The notes below the pieces were generated by a model that saw only the letters and a program-made list of their open reading frames with translations, was not told where the DNA came from and ran no database searches. From Eledone cirrhosa (taxonomy: Eukaryota), in contig OZ024740.1 in assembly GCA_964016885.1 (NCBI GenBank), forward strand, positions 134,850,001-134,914,000: 64,000 nucleotides of DNA, given 5' to 3'. Of the stretch, positions 1 through 11,213 are shown piece by piece. The position numbers and the translations under genes were made by a program. The first letter of the stretch is position 1. Each line of letters starts with the position of its first letter.

Positions 1-139
1 CTACTGATCTCTCAGATGTGTGCGTGGGGGGGGGGGGCTGCATCTCATACACTTTCCTCGCACTCAAGGTGCGGCAGATGCATTTTATCAGCACCAGCAC
101 TAGGGAGGTTGTCATGTCTTTGACACAACTGAAGAGTTC

Positions 140-2200
140 ACTTGACTCTGCTTGGAAAGTTTTCTACTGCTGGATGCCCTTTCTATCACCAACCACCTTA
201 TAGGGTGTACTGGGTGCATTTTTTGTGGTACCAGCACTAGAGAAGTTGTTGGTCATCGACTGAACTAAAGCGCCCACTCCATCCTATGAGGTACTTTAGG
301 ATAAGAAGGAAAATAAGTATGGTGTCATGAGGTGCAAAAGTATGTCATGAGTGTATACTAAATGGTGAGATTTGATGTGGTAAGTGGGTTGAGGAAGGGT
401 GTCTCAGATAGTGTTATGATGAGAACAGCTACTAGGGTGTTATGACTGGTATGTTAAGATTTAAGAAATGGAGGTGGTGTATGAACAGGTATGTCACATC
501 CTTGTGGTACTTTGTCATCTTTGTCATGAGGTTCAGCTCCCTAAGGTCAATTTTCACCACTTAATCCCATGTCTTCCTTGGGGGTCTACTTTTTCCATGA
601 TTCCCATCCACTAAGATTTCTCTGCACACTTTTTAACAGCAATCATCTTCCATGCACATCACATATGTTCATACTAGCAAATCTCTTTTACACACTACAC
701 CTAATTCCTTTTATACAAGGTTTTTCTCTCAGTTCATTGATGCTCCATCTCTCATGCACACTAACATTACACATCCATTGGAGCATACTCACTTCATTTC
801 TTTCTCACCTTCTCAGAACTTCTACAGTCAAGATGCATATCTCACTGCCATATAGCATGTCAGTAGAGATACCAGCTCCCTAAAGTTCTTGCAACCCATT
901 CTTACTCTGGCTATCATATCTTCAGAGCAGTTTCCTCTTTCTGATTAGGACACCTAGGTAACAAAAGCTGTCAACAACTTCTAGAGAGCCTCCTTGGCAA
1001 CTGAGGGAATTCTTTTCAGATGTGCTATTAGTGCTTAATTTTCCTGTATATCTGCCACATACAAAATCTATCTTCTCTGTTAATCTGCCTGTTATCCCAC
1101 TATATCTCTTGTGCATCTATAGATTACACTGTGTTCACTTTATGCAACATCTACCTACCCGTTTTTTGGCATTTTGAACAAGGCCACTTCCTTGATGGTT
1201 TCAGTTTCCTGTCTTATTAAGACCTTTGGGCTTCTCTTCCATATAGGAGTTCCCTTGGCATGCCAGCCTTAAACTCTTCAGTTATGGCTTGAAGGACAAT
1301 GATAAACAGAAGTGAACTAAAGATTGAGTCCTGGTGGATCCCAACTGATACTTCAAATTTATCAGTGTACTCACTGCCAACTTTTACTTTGCTGGTTGCA
1401 CTGTTATATATGACTTGTGCAGCATTCATAAGACAATCAGTTACACCTAGCTTAGGGCCTACCAGATTACAGAATGGAGGAGTCTGTCAAAACCCTTCAC
1501 CAGATTCAGAAATGCCAGGTACAATGGCTCACTCGTAGCCAGGTACTTCTGCTATTGTTTCACTAGAAAAGGACATCAGTAGTACCTCTACCTAGCATAA
1601 AACTGAACTGCAACTCATCTAACTTAATTCTGTCCTAATTAATTCTGCTATAACTTTTTCAATAACTTTCATGACCTGGTCCATCAACTTGACGCCTCTG
1701 CAGTCACCTCTCTCCAGTGTGTGTTATTTACCCATATAGCAGTTTACAACGATACTGCTGTTCAAGTTATTAGATATGACACCATCTTTACTACTTGATT
1801 AATTATCAACCTCACTAGCTCATAATGTACCATATATGATTTCTTTTAGCATCTTGACAACTACAGCAGATGCTCCAGCTGCCTTCCCTACTTTCATGTC
1901 TTTAATTGCCTTGTTTATCACTCTGCTGTGAACTTTTATGGCTAGTCTCTCAGTTGGATCTACATTGGGTGGGCATTCATTGTCCCATTTATTTTCTTAT
2001 TGCATCAGTCAGAGCGAATGCTCCCATTATAATTTTGGATGCACTTTTCCCCAACCACACCTCAATTTTCTCTAGCACACTGTCTTGCAATCTGGAAAAC
2101 TCTAATCATCACGATATAGAATATGTGCAAACTTCTTTACTTCTCCTTCCCTTGTTTACTATACTTGGCACTTGGCCTCTCTTTTAGCTATTTGATATTG
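140..2200 (-). mobile_element. Old, heavily decayed RTE-clade LINE (RT region to 3' UTR)
   Basis: Minus-strand peptide remnants match the intact RTE ORF at 11523-14642: 'SKVKVGSEYTDKFEVSVGIHQDSIFSSLLFIIVLQAITEEFKAGMPRELLY' and 'HKRYSGITGRLTEKIDFVCGR...LEVVDSFCYLG'. RTE 3'-UTR motif 'gctggatgccctt..accaaccac' near 170. Many stops and frameshifts; boundaries approximate. Confidence 0.85.
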
Positions 2201-2289
2201 CTGCGTGTCTCCCCCTTTCATCCAGACTCTCCAGGATTATCTTTTTGCTGTTACGGCTCTATCTATCTTCTTCTCCCACATCACCATCA

Positions 2290-2520
2290 CCACCTATTTT
2301 GCTTCAGCTGCAGATCTTGTCAAGCGCTTTCATATTTTCATGTGGTATGTTGTATGTTGGCATGAAAATCAATGCAGTCGGGGTGACGATAGTATCTGCT
2401 GGCATTTCATCTTCTGGAAGGGGGTCCCCATTATACACACTGGTGAAATTCTGGAAGAAGTCAATCATTTCAGGTATCTCAACACCACTTTCATTGCTAC
2501 AGGCCATGGTGCAGTTAATG
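2290..2520 (+). mobile_element. Fragment of a different non-LTR retrotransposon RT (motifs 6-7)
   Basis: Frameshifted peptides 'VGMKINA' and 'GEILEEVNHFRYL' resemble LINE RT subdomains 6 and 7. Confidence 0.5.
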
Positions 2521-2559
2521 GTGTTAAACTAGGTGACAGAGTGTGTCTTCCATTTAGAT

Positions 2560-3000
2560 AAGCCACAGCAGGATTTGAACTCAACACAAAGAGGCAGGCA
2601 TTTAATTTGATCCTCTAACAATTCTGCCAATCAACTACCATGGACTGGTACATTCTTTCATCAACCCCAAAAGGATGAAAGACAAAGTTGAACTCAGTTG
2701 GAACAAATGTTGAAACTCAAGTCATTTTGTCTATATATAATATGGCAGCTATTGATATTTTTTGTATCAGGGTTTTGCCAGTTTTATTATTTTACTGTCT
2801 TCAGTTGCAGAAATAGCCAATTCCATTGCCCCTCCTTCCCCCATTTATTTATAAACTAGTACTTTTTATCAACCACCTAAAGGGTAAAAGGCAAAGTTGC
2901 CCATGACAGAATTTGAACTCAGACTCTTAAATGATGTAACTAAATACTGCAAGGCATTTTGCTAGCCATTCTATCAATTTTGGCAATTTACTTTTTCTTA
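2560..3000 (-). mobile_element. Cluster of degenerate SINE fragments
   Basis: Reverse-complement matches to the SINE at 57260-57443 ('ggatttgaactc', 'aaaggatgaaa..caaagttg', 'ctgccaat'). Confidence 0.6.
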
Positions 3001-3709
3001 AAATTATATCTTTTTACATCATTCATGTAATTGTTTAATCTTTATTTTCATCATTAATTTTGAAAATTACTTTAAAATATGTTTTAATTACTATTTTCTA
3101 CAACTACATTGGATCATTTAAAAGTGTTTTTGGATTATATATGTTTAGTTGATAATCTTTCTATATCCGGTATCAGTATGTTATTAGTAATCAATATTTT
3201 CTGCTAGTTTGAAAACTGTTTTCAATATTTTCTGGCATTATTGATTTATTTTGTATCTAAAATATTCTAGAAAAATTCCAATGCTGTTTCTTATTAAACA
3301 AAAAAAAATGTATTGACTATTTTATCAGCTGTTTTAATATGATTATTATTATTATTATTAAACTTGATAATGAATTTATGTCTAATGTTTTATTTAAAAA
3401 AGTTTATAGATAGGATTTTCATTATGATAACCCATCACTTAAATATTTTCTTTTTTAATATTTGCATTTTATCTGCTCATATCTAATCTGTTGTTTGGTT
3501 TTCAAATGTATTACCTCTGTCTTGGGATCATGTAATATTCCTGACATTACTAACTATAACCGTTCAAAGATTATTTGCTTTTGGATTCAAACATACAAGA
3601 CCAAAAGATTTTTGTCAATGAAAATATTTCCAAATATTTCTTTTAGATTGACAGTTGCTTAATGCTATAAAATATGACGTCTTGTTTTGAACAAAAACTT
3701 TCACAGGTA

Positions 3710-3792
3710 CACATATATGTGTGTATATATATGTATGTGTGTGTGTGTGTGTGTGTGTGTACATGTATATATAGATGTATACATGTATGTAT
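3710..3792. repeat. (TA)/(TG)n compound microsatellite
   Basis: Visible dinucleotide runs. Confidence 0.9.
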
Positions 3793-4205
3793 GAATAGTC
3801 TAGTGGTGTCTTATGATCTCAAGAGACTAAATGATTTAGAACCAAACAACAGCTTGTAACATATGTAGAAAAATCAAAATTTAGATTACTTACTAAGTTG
3901 AAATTAGAAATAAATATTGGTTTAAAATTGTTATTTCCACAGGGTGTCCTGAAAATCTAAATGATATAGTGATACTGCACTGTTATTTTGCAATGTTAAT
4001 GATGTATAGACTTGGTTAACTTGTGTTAATTGTGTGTAAAATATATTGTTCATAATTAAAGTTTTTACATAGTGAGATGGATCAACATTTTCAGGACAGC
4101 CTATTGTTTAACAAAAAATTTGGCTAACATAAATTCAACCCCTCCTTTCCTCTATCTATCTCTTTTTCCCTCCTTTTTCTTTCTTTTTTTTTTTTTTTTT
4201 TCAAG

Positions 4206-4262
4206 ACAACTTCCTATTTTGACTGATTATACATCTGTTGGAAACTCCATCTCTGGTGTGAG
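4206..4262 (+). CDS. Candidate internal coding exon of an unidentified host gene (57 nt, phase 2-2; QLPILTDYTSVGNSISGV)
   Basis: Long polypyrimidine tract plus 'caag' acceptor; donor GAG|gtaaga; length a multiple of 3; open frame. Confidence 0.55.
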
Positions 4263-4941
4263 GTAAGATATTTGACTGATATATGTATGTATGTGCAAAT
4301 GTGTGAATGTGGTGTGTGTATGTTTATATGTTTCTGTATGTTATGGATGTTTGTATGTATGTGTATATGTATATATTCATGCATCAAAATATGTGTGAGT
4401 TTTGGTGGTGTATGTGCGCGTGTTTATTATTCAGGTAACTTGTACTGTTGATATCTATACGTTCGAAGATATGTGGAGGTTGATAGTAAAAACAAACTTA
4501 AATCACTGAAGTCTTCAAAAATTGCCTATATTAAAAACAATCATTTTGCTACCAAAATAACATATAAATATAAGGATTTATGTTTGCAAAATGTTATTTT
4601 ATTTTCCATGTTATCTCTTGCTTTTCTGTTTCTGTTGCTTGGTCTGGTTTTGTATGATATTTTCAAGTAATGTTAATGTCACTCATTAAACATCAACTTG
4701 ATTTTAGAACAAAGCACTTTGATTTCAAATATATTTCTAATTGATTGTACACTAACTCACTTCTTGTCAGAAAAGCTTCAGCTGTTAAAAATTAATTTCA
4801 CTGACATGCTTTTAGTTGCTTCAAATTATTAATGTTTTGCTAATATACTTATTAATTTTGCATGTAATATAAACATGTTCTGACTTGAATTTGCATGATA
4901 TGGTGTGTGCTTTGAAATTTTCAGTTCTGATATATATATAT

Positions 4942-4974
<33 letters not shown>

Positions 4975-4978
<4 letters not shown>

Positions 4979-5433
4979 ACCTCACACATTTACATCTCTC
5001 TAAGACAATGTCTCTGGACCGAGACCTTTGGCGCTACGCAGTAATACAGAAGACCCACCTTGCCTATGTACAAAGTGAAACCTACAGTCAGTAGGCACCG
5101 CTTAACCAAATATACACCCCAAACTACTGCCCCTACCCTATCCTCCCACTCCCACCAACAGCACGAGAAAATGAGATCGAGTTCATGTAGGTGTCATGAC
5201 AAAAAACACACACAGTCCACGCTGTAATGTAGCTGTGTAGGTAACACGGTAAAAAGTTCCCAGTTCCACACTGTAAATGTGGTGGTGTTAGGAAGGGCAT
5301 CCAGCCGTAGAAAACCTGCCAGATAGTCCTATATGAGCGAGACACGGTCACCCGACCAGCCTTGCCTCAAGTGGGACAACTCCTGTCTAACCCATGCTAG
5401 CATGGAAAACGGACGTTAAACGAAGATGATGAT
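4975..5433 (+). mobile_element. 5'-truncated RTE LINE 3' end
   Basis: Encodes 'SDLTHLHLSKTMSLDRDLWRYAVIQKT', the same C-terminus as the 23024-24394 ORF; 3' UTR; ends 'ggacgttaaacgaagatgatgat'; starts next to a (TA)n run. Confidence 0.9.
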
Positions 5434-5542
5434 ATATATGGAGTTACTGTAGGTTCACACGGGTGAGCATTCGATGTTTAGGTTCACTTCTGTGTCGAGG
5501 TGTAGAGCTATACAGAGTGTATTATATTGAAAAGATAACAAG

Positions 5543-6188
5543 GGAGAAATTAGGAATAAGAGGGATCAGATGTTGTTTACTCGAGCGAAGACTACGTTGG
5601 TACGGTCACGTGATGCGCATGAAAGACGACAGCTGTATATAAAAAAGTGCAGGGCGATAAAAATAGACGGTAGCCACGGAGTAGGTAGACCCAGAAAAAC
5701 CTGGGACGACTTGATAAATTCCGACCTCACACACTTACACCTCTCCAAGACAATGTCATTGGACCGAGATCTTTGGCGCTACACAGTTATACAGAAGACC
5801 CGCCTTGCCTAAGTACAAAGCGAAACCTACAGTCAGTAGGCTCCTCTAACAAAATACACCCCCGTCCCACTACCCCCGTCCCACTACCCCCACCCCATCC
5901 ACAGCACCCCCTTAAATATGAAGATATGTTGGTACCACAACATCCAGTCCGAAACAAATGAGGTCGTGTAGGTGTCACGACAAAAAAACACACAGTCCAT
6001 GCTGTAATGTGGCCGTGTAGGTAACATGGTAAAAACCTCCCAGTACACACTGTAAACGTGGTTGGTGTTGGGAAGGGCATCCAGCCGTAGAAAACCCGCC
6101 AGACAGTCCTATACGAGCAGGGCAACCAATCTTGCCTCAAGTGCAAGCGTGGAAGATGGACGTTAAACGATAATGATGATGATGATGA
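5543..6188 (+). mobile_element. 5'-truncated RTE LINE 3' end
   Basis: Encodes 'KCRAIKIDGSHGVGRPRKTWDDLINSDLTHLHLSKTMSLDRDLW'; 3' UTR; (GAT)n tail; same subfamily as 21598-24885. Confidence 0.92.
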
Positions 6189-6481
6189 ACAAGGACGATT
6201 AGTTACTCCTTCATTACATTTATTGGTTGGTGACGCGCGTTTCGCCACTGATCAGCTCAAGGTTCGATGTGTATCGATCTTACCCGACTCTGTAATCCGC
6301 AGCTCGATGGACTCTTTAAAATGCTAGTAGAAAATGAATACATGCTATATGATAAAGTCAGAAGTTCATATGTTGGTCAATAAGGATTGTTTTGATTGGT
6401 GGAATAGATCATAGGTATGTTTTCGCCTGTAGTCTATGTGGGGGTGGATGTGATGATAAGATGGTGATATATATATATATA

Positions 6482-7247
6482 TACCATATATATTCGAATA
6501 TAAGCCAATCCCTCCCCCCCTTCCTATTTTATGTCTGAGAAATTAGTAAAAATCCGAACCGCATTTATAAGCTGAGGCAGCTAATCAACACATCATTTAG
6601 ATGACGTTGTTTTAAAATTCTCATGAGTATAATTAAATATATCTGAAGTTTTAATATTTTGATGTTTTAAGTGTCGTTTAGAATATAGTTTTTGTTTCAC
6701 AGCTCCATTACATTATGCTTTTTTACCATTTCATCAATTTTACAGTTTCAACAAGTTTCTTTAATTTTTGTTTACTTCCAGCCACTCACATGCTGGGTGT
6801 AGTACTTGGAATCAAGTGATCAAATAAGAGAACTTTGTATAGAGATCATAGGATGGAAGAGGGTGAGAGGGAGGGCAAGAATGGGAAGGTAGAGAGCGTG
6901 AGAGCAATAAAACACAAGATTAAAGGAAAAAGTATTATTAAGTCAGAGACAGACAGTTTGTGTGCATGTATGTGGAGGGGATACTAAGTATTGAAATGTT
7001 CAAATTAAAAAAAAATTGGAAATATTTTCATGGGAATGCATAAATAACTCTAATGACTATGTAGTAAAAAAAAAAATGTTTCATTATAAAATAATCACTC
7101 CAGATATTTTAGCACCTTATTTATGTAGAATTTGAAGTTGGTAAAAATTGGCAAAATATTGAACTCGAATATAAGCTAATCCTCCATTTTCCCATCAATT
7201 TTTTTTGTCACATATTTCATGGCTTATATACGAGTGTCTACAGCATA
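6482..7247. mobile_element. Non-autonomous Tc2/pogo-like (Tc1-mariner superfamily) DNA transposon (MITE)
   Basis: Imperfect TIRs 'taccatatatattcgaatataagcc' and 'ggcttatatacgagtgtctacagca'; internal 'gaatataagct' subterminal repeats; a second copy lies in opposite orientation at 21198-25474. Confidence 0.75.
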
Positions 7248-7249
7248 TG

Positions 7250-7500
7250 AAGGTGGTTGTGTTGACGGCACGACAAAAAGTACCCAGTCCACGCTGCAAA
7301 GTGGTCGTGTAGGTGACATGACAAAAAGTACCCAGCGCACACTGTAAATGTGGTTAGCATTAGGAAGGGCATCTAGCTGTAGAAACCAAGCCAAAACCAG
7401 CCCTGGATGAGCGAAACATGGTCCTCTGGCCTGATTCTCTCCCAAAGGGTCAGCCCATCCTACCCATGCTAGCGTGGAAAATAGATATTAAATGATGATA
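7250..7500 (+). mobile_element. RTE 3'-UTR fragment / RTE-tail short element
   Basis: 'taggaagggcatctagctgtagaaa' and terminal 'cccatgctagcgtggaaaatagatattaaatgatgat'. Confidence 0.75.
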
Positions 7501-10500
7501 TATATATTTCATGCATTCTACTATACTTATTCATGTACTTTCCATGTTGTTCATTGTTCTGACATCATTATCTTATCTTCATCATCATACATCCGTTTAG
7601 CTGGCATGTCACAGTGTGCTAAGAGTGGGAATATATTATTTTTTGAAGTTTTTCCTATCATTGTTTATTGCAAATTTTCTTTTGAATAAGACCTTTAGGG
7701 AGAAGCAGCAAAAAAAAACCACAGCTAAAAAGATTGTGTCTACAGAGTTTTATGATAATTTAAAGTTAGTAATTTTGCAGTGCTTTTGCACAAAAAATTA
7801 GTTAACAAAAATCCACAAAATATCTTGAAAAATCATCCAAAATGAATAGGCCATAAAATATCAAAGTCAGTAAACCAGAGATTAAATTGGCACTTTTCTG
7901 AAAGATAATTTATTGAATTTTACCCTGCTAAGTGTAGTTTTCTAAACAAGTCTAACAAAAATCTAATAGTTCATTGTAATGAAATTATTCCATTTTTGTC
8001 TCAGAAAGTCTTCAGAAAACTAAAATTTTAAAATGTTCACAGCATTCCACACTATAGAGTTAATACTTTCTGGAGTCCTCTGGCCATGGTGGGCTTTCAA
8101 GCAAAAATTCAGTTAAAAGGACTTAAAAGCTGAAGTTTTATGCTGACTAAAATGTTGGAGCTTGCAACGAATCAGTTCCCCATAAAAGTAACACTTACTT
8201 TTGTGTTAAGCCACACTTTTGTTTGATGGTACTCATTACAATGATACTCAAATGGGCTGAAATGTTTAATATAGATATTTAGGAACATTTCATTATCCTA
8301 ATGTCCAATTCAGGGTAGTCAGGTGCTTTTGGCTCTGTCATCAAGAAAACTGTGCTGGCCAAAAAAAACAGTGCACTGAAATTAGAAAGGCAACTCCATC
8401 TAAAATAGTCACTATATGACAGGGACTTGATGTTGAGCAATAATTGACATTTAGAAATAATATAGAGGCTTTGCAGTAACCAATACATAGGAGAACTTAG
8501 AAAAGGTTATACATTTTGAAACTGAATGCATGTGTCAGGACAGACTGTTAAACTAATACAAAGATAAAGTTTTCTAGTGCTCCACAAGTTCAATACTCAA
8601 TATACTCATACTAATTGTCTGTGTAAAATACATGGAGGCAATTTTGCTTTGAAACTGAAACATTCTTACGTTTCTGTGACCAAGCTGTGTGTCTATTTCT
8701 CCACAAATGGAGCATCTTTTTGATGAAATTTCTGGATGAGACATAAGCATCCTTTGGAAGATGTCATGAATGTTGTCTTTTACGGAAAGCTCACAAGATA
8801 TTGCAGCTGCCCCACTCTGGAATGACTTAATGTGATGTTCCAACTTTCGAATGGATTTTCACTCCATTTCACAAGTGACTGCTCACCATTCCATTCAAAA
8901 ATTTCCCAACTGCAAGCACACATTTGATGGAATTATAACCACCCATGAGAAGCCTCTTTCATCAATAAATGAATTTTTTAGGTGTAACATTAAATCTATC
9001 CCAAGAGCCTTCAGTCTGTCAGACCTTACCTTCTTTTCATTCACTGATTGTGCATGGAGCATAATCTTGGTCAGAGACAATATATTACATAATTGTCCGT
9101 GTTCAAAATGAGAGAACATATTTTGGCAGTTTTTTGGGCAGCAAAATTGGCCAGGTTCCTACCTATTCCATTGGGTGAGTCCATTGATTCCAGTGGTTGA
9201 CTTGATATGGTCAGTGCACTGCTTGGCATGCTGAATAAACTGCAATAGATTTCAAGCTTCATCCCATGTTTTTTTACCAACTAAATGATACAAAATCTTT
9301 TGAGCAAAATCTAATGTTCTCAGTTTGAAGTGAAATACTGAGAAACAATGCAAATCTGCTTTTATAATGTTTTTATGGCACTGTCCCTGCCTTTTACTGC
9401 TAGAATATGATTAGTAGCAAGACAAATGCTTCCAAAATGTATCAATGCAACCATTATCACCAGATGTGGTAAAGAAAAAAATGTTTTCATATCACAGTTT
9501 CCATTATTTTGTCAAATTTTCTTTTTTAATTTAATAGGCTTCAGTTCCTCATCAGACTAAGCTTTGCCGTGTCCATTAACAAGTTTCATAGACAATATTT
9601 GAAGGTTGTTGGAAATTCAGTTAATTTGTTTATTCTTACTGAAGATAAAAAAAACAAAAAAACAAATATGCATTGTTTAAGCCAAAGCACAACAGTAGAT
9701 AGCTATTGATTTTCTCAAAATTTTTTACTTCTAATTTTTTTTATTTCATCTTTTTTTATTTTATTTTTTATTTCATCTTTTATTTGGTTTAATTTTTTTG
9801 TATTTTGTTTCATTTTTTATTTTATACTTTTCATTTCATTTTTTTATTTCATGGGATTTTGATTTCATTTACATTTAATTTTTGATTTTGTAGGGTTTGA
9901 GGTTGTATTAACTTTTGACTTTTTGATTTCATCTTGTTTTCTGTTAAATTTTGTTTAAACCTACCCACTACATTTCGGAGTCAGCAATTGATCCAACCAG
10001 AGGGTGGTTGATGAGGGTTATAAATTGTTGTTCATCGTCCTTCATTTCTGTTTTCCATGGTAAATATCTCAAATAAAACATAGGCTAACCAAAGGGAAGA
10101 TCCCAGTAAAGTACTTTATAATAAAGAAACTTCACAATCTCACCTTAGGGGTAGAGTATTTGGTAAGCAACTTAAAGCTAGCAGACTCAACAAATGTTCT
10201 AATTACTGCAGTTTCATGAGCAAAAGAACAGAATTGACCTTTTTAATTAAGTAAGGTAGTTCGTTGTCAGAATTTGCCAGTCATCAGACAAGGTTCTGAT
10301 TATTATTATTATTATAAGAAAAAGATATATTCACCTGTTACTGAACATTACGTACGCCCATCAATCCAGCATTGTGTACAATACTGTAAGCATGCATACG
10401 TAGAACTAGCAACATGGTAAAAATTTGTACATTACAGACTTGGGATCACAAAGAAGTTTTTTTTTTTCATGTGTCGGATTGCTTGGCCAACATTCCTTGT

Positions 10501-11213
10501 GTTATATGTGTTACAATTCGAAGCAATTGTATTTTCGTTTTGTGAAGTGAAATTTGATATATACAAAAGGTATAATTGTTATACTGGACTGATTTTTATG
10601 AAGCTTGGTAGTTGGATCAAATAAAGCCACATGATTGAATTTAGAAACAACAAAAGATGAATTAAATGTTATGGCATTTAGTTTTTATTTTTTAAACATT
10701 TTACTTTAGAACATTCAATATGATGCATAGAAGATAACATAATACTTTTCCATCGTCTGAAACCTGACACTCAGGGAAACAAGAAGAAAGGCAGAACAGG
10801 TTTCAATCTCAGAGACAACAAAATGCTGTGGAGACACAAGAGCAACAAGAAGCAAAACTTCAATTTGAAGCAACCAGACAAGCCCGCTTGAAGGAACGCA
10901 AGACACCAGAATAGAAACAACAGAGGTTAGAGTCACAAGCCGATAGACAAGTGTGCTTATGCCGAATGAAGAACCAAAGTTTTTGCAGATATACTTCATA
11001 GACGATTCTATTATTGAAGGCCAGACTAGGCACAAGAGGTACCAAAACACAAGGTTAGAGCTGATACTACAACTACAAGAAATGCTTCATTCTCATAACA
11101 GCTACATTACAAATTTTAAATATGCTCTGGAAATACACCCAAGTTTAAAATAGTCATTGATGCTGATAAGAGACCTTCAGATGAACATGCTCGGAGATTT
11201 GATGGTCCAGAGT

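Noticed and set aside
3646-3707. Possible exon (MTSCFEQKLSQ|gtacac)
   Set aside because: Weak donor running into a microsatellite; its phase 0 end would hit a stop if joined to exon 4206-4262.
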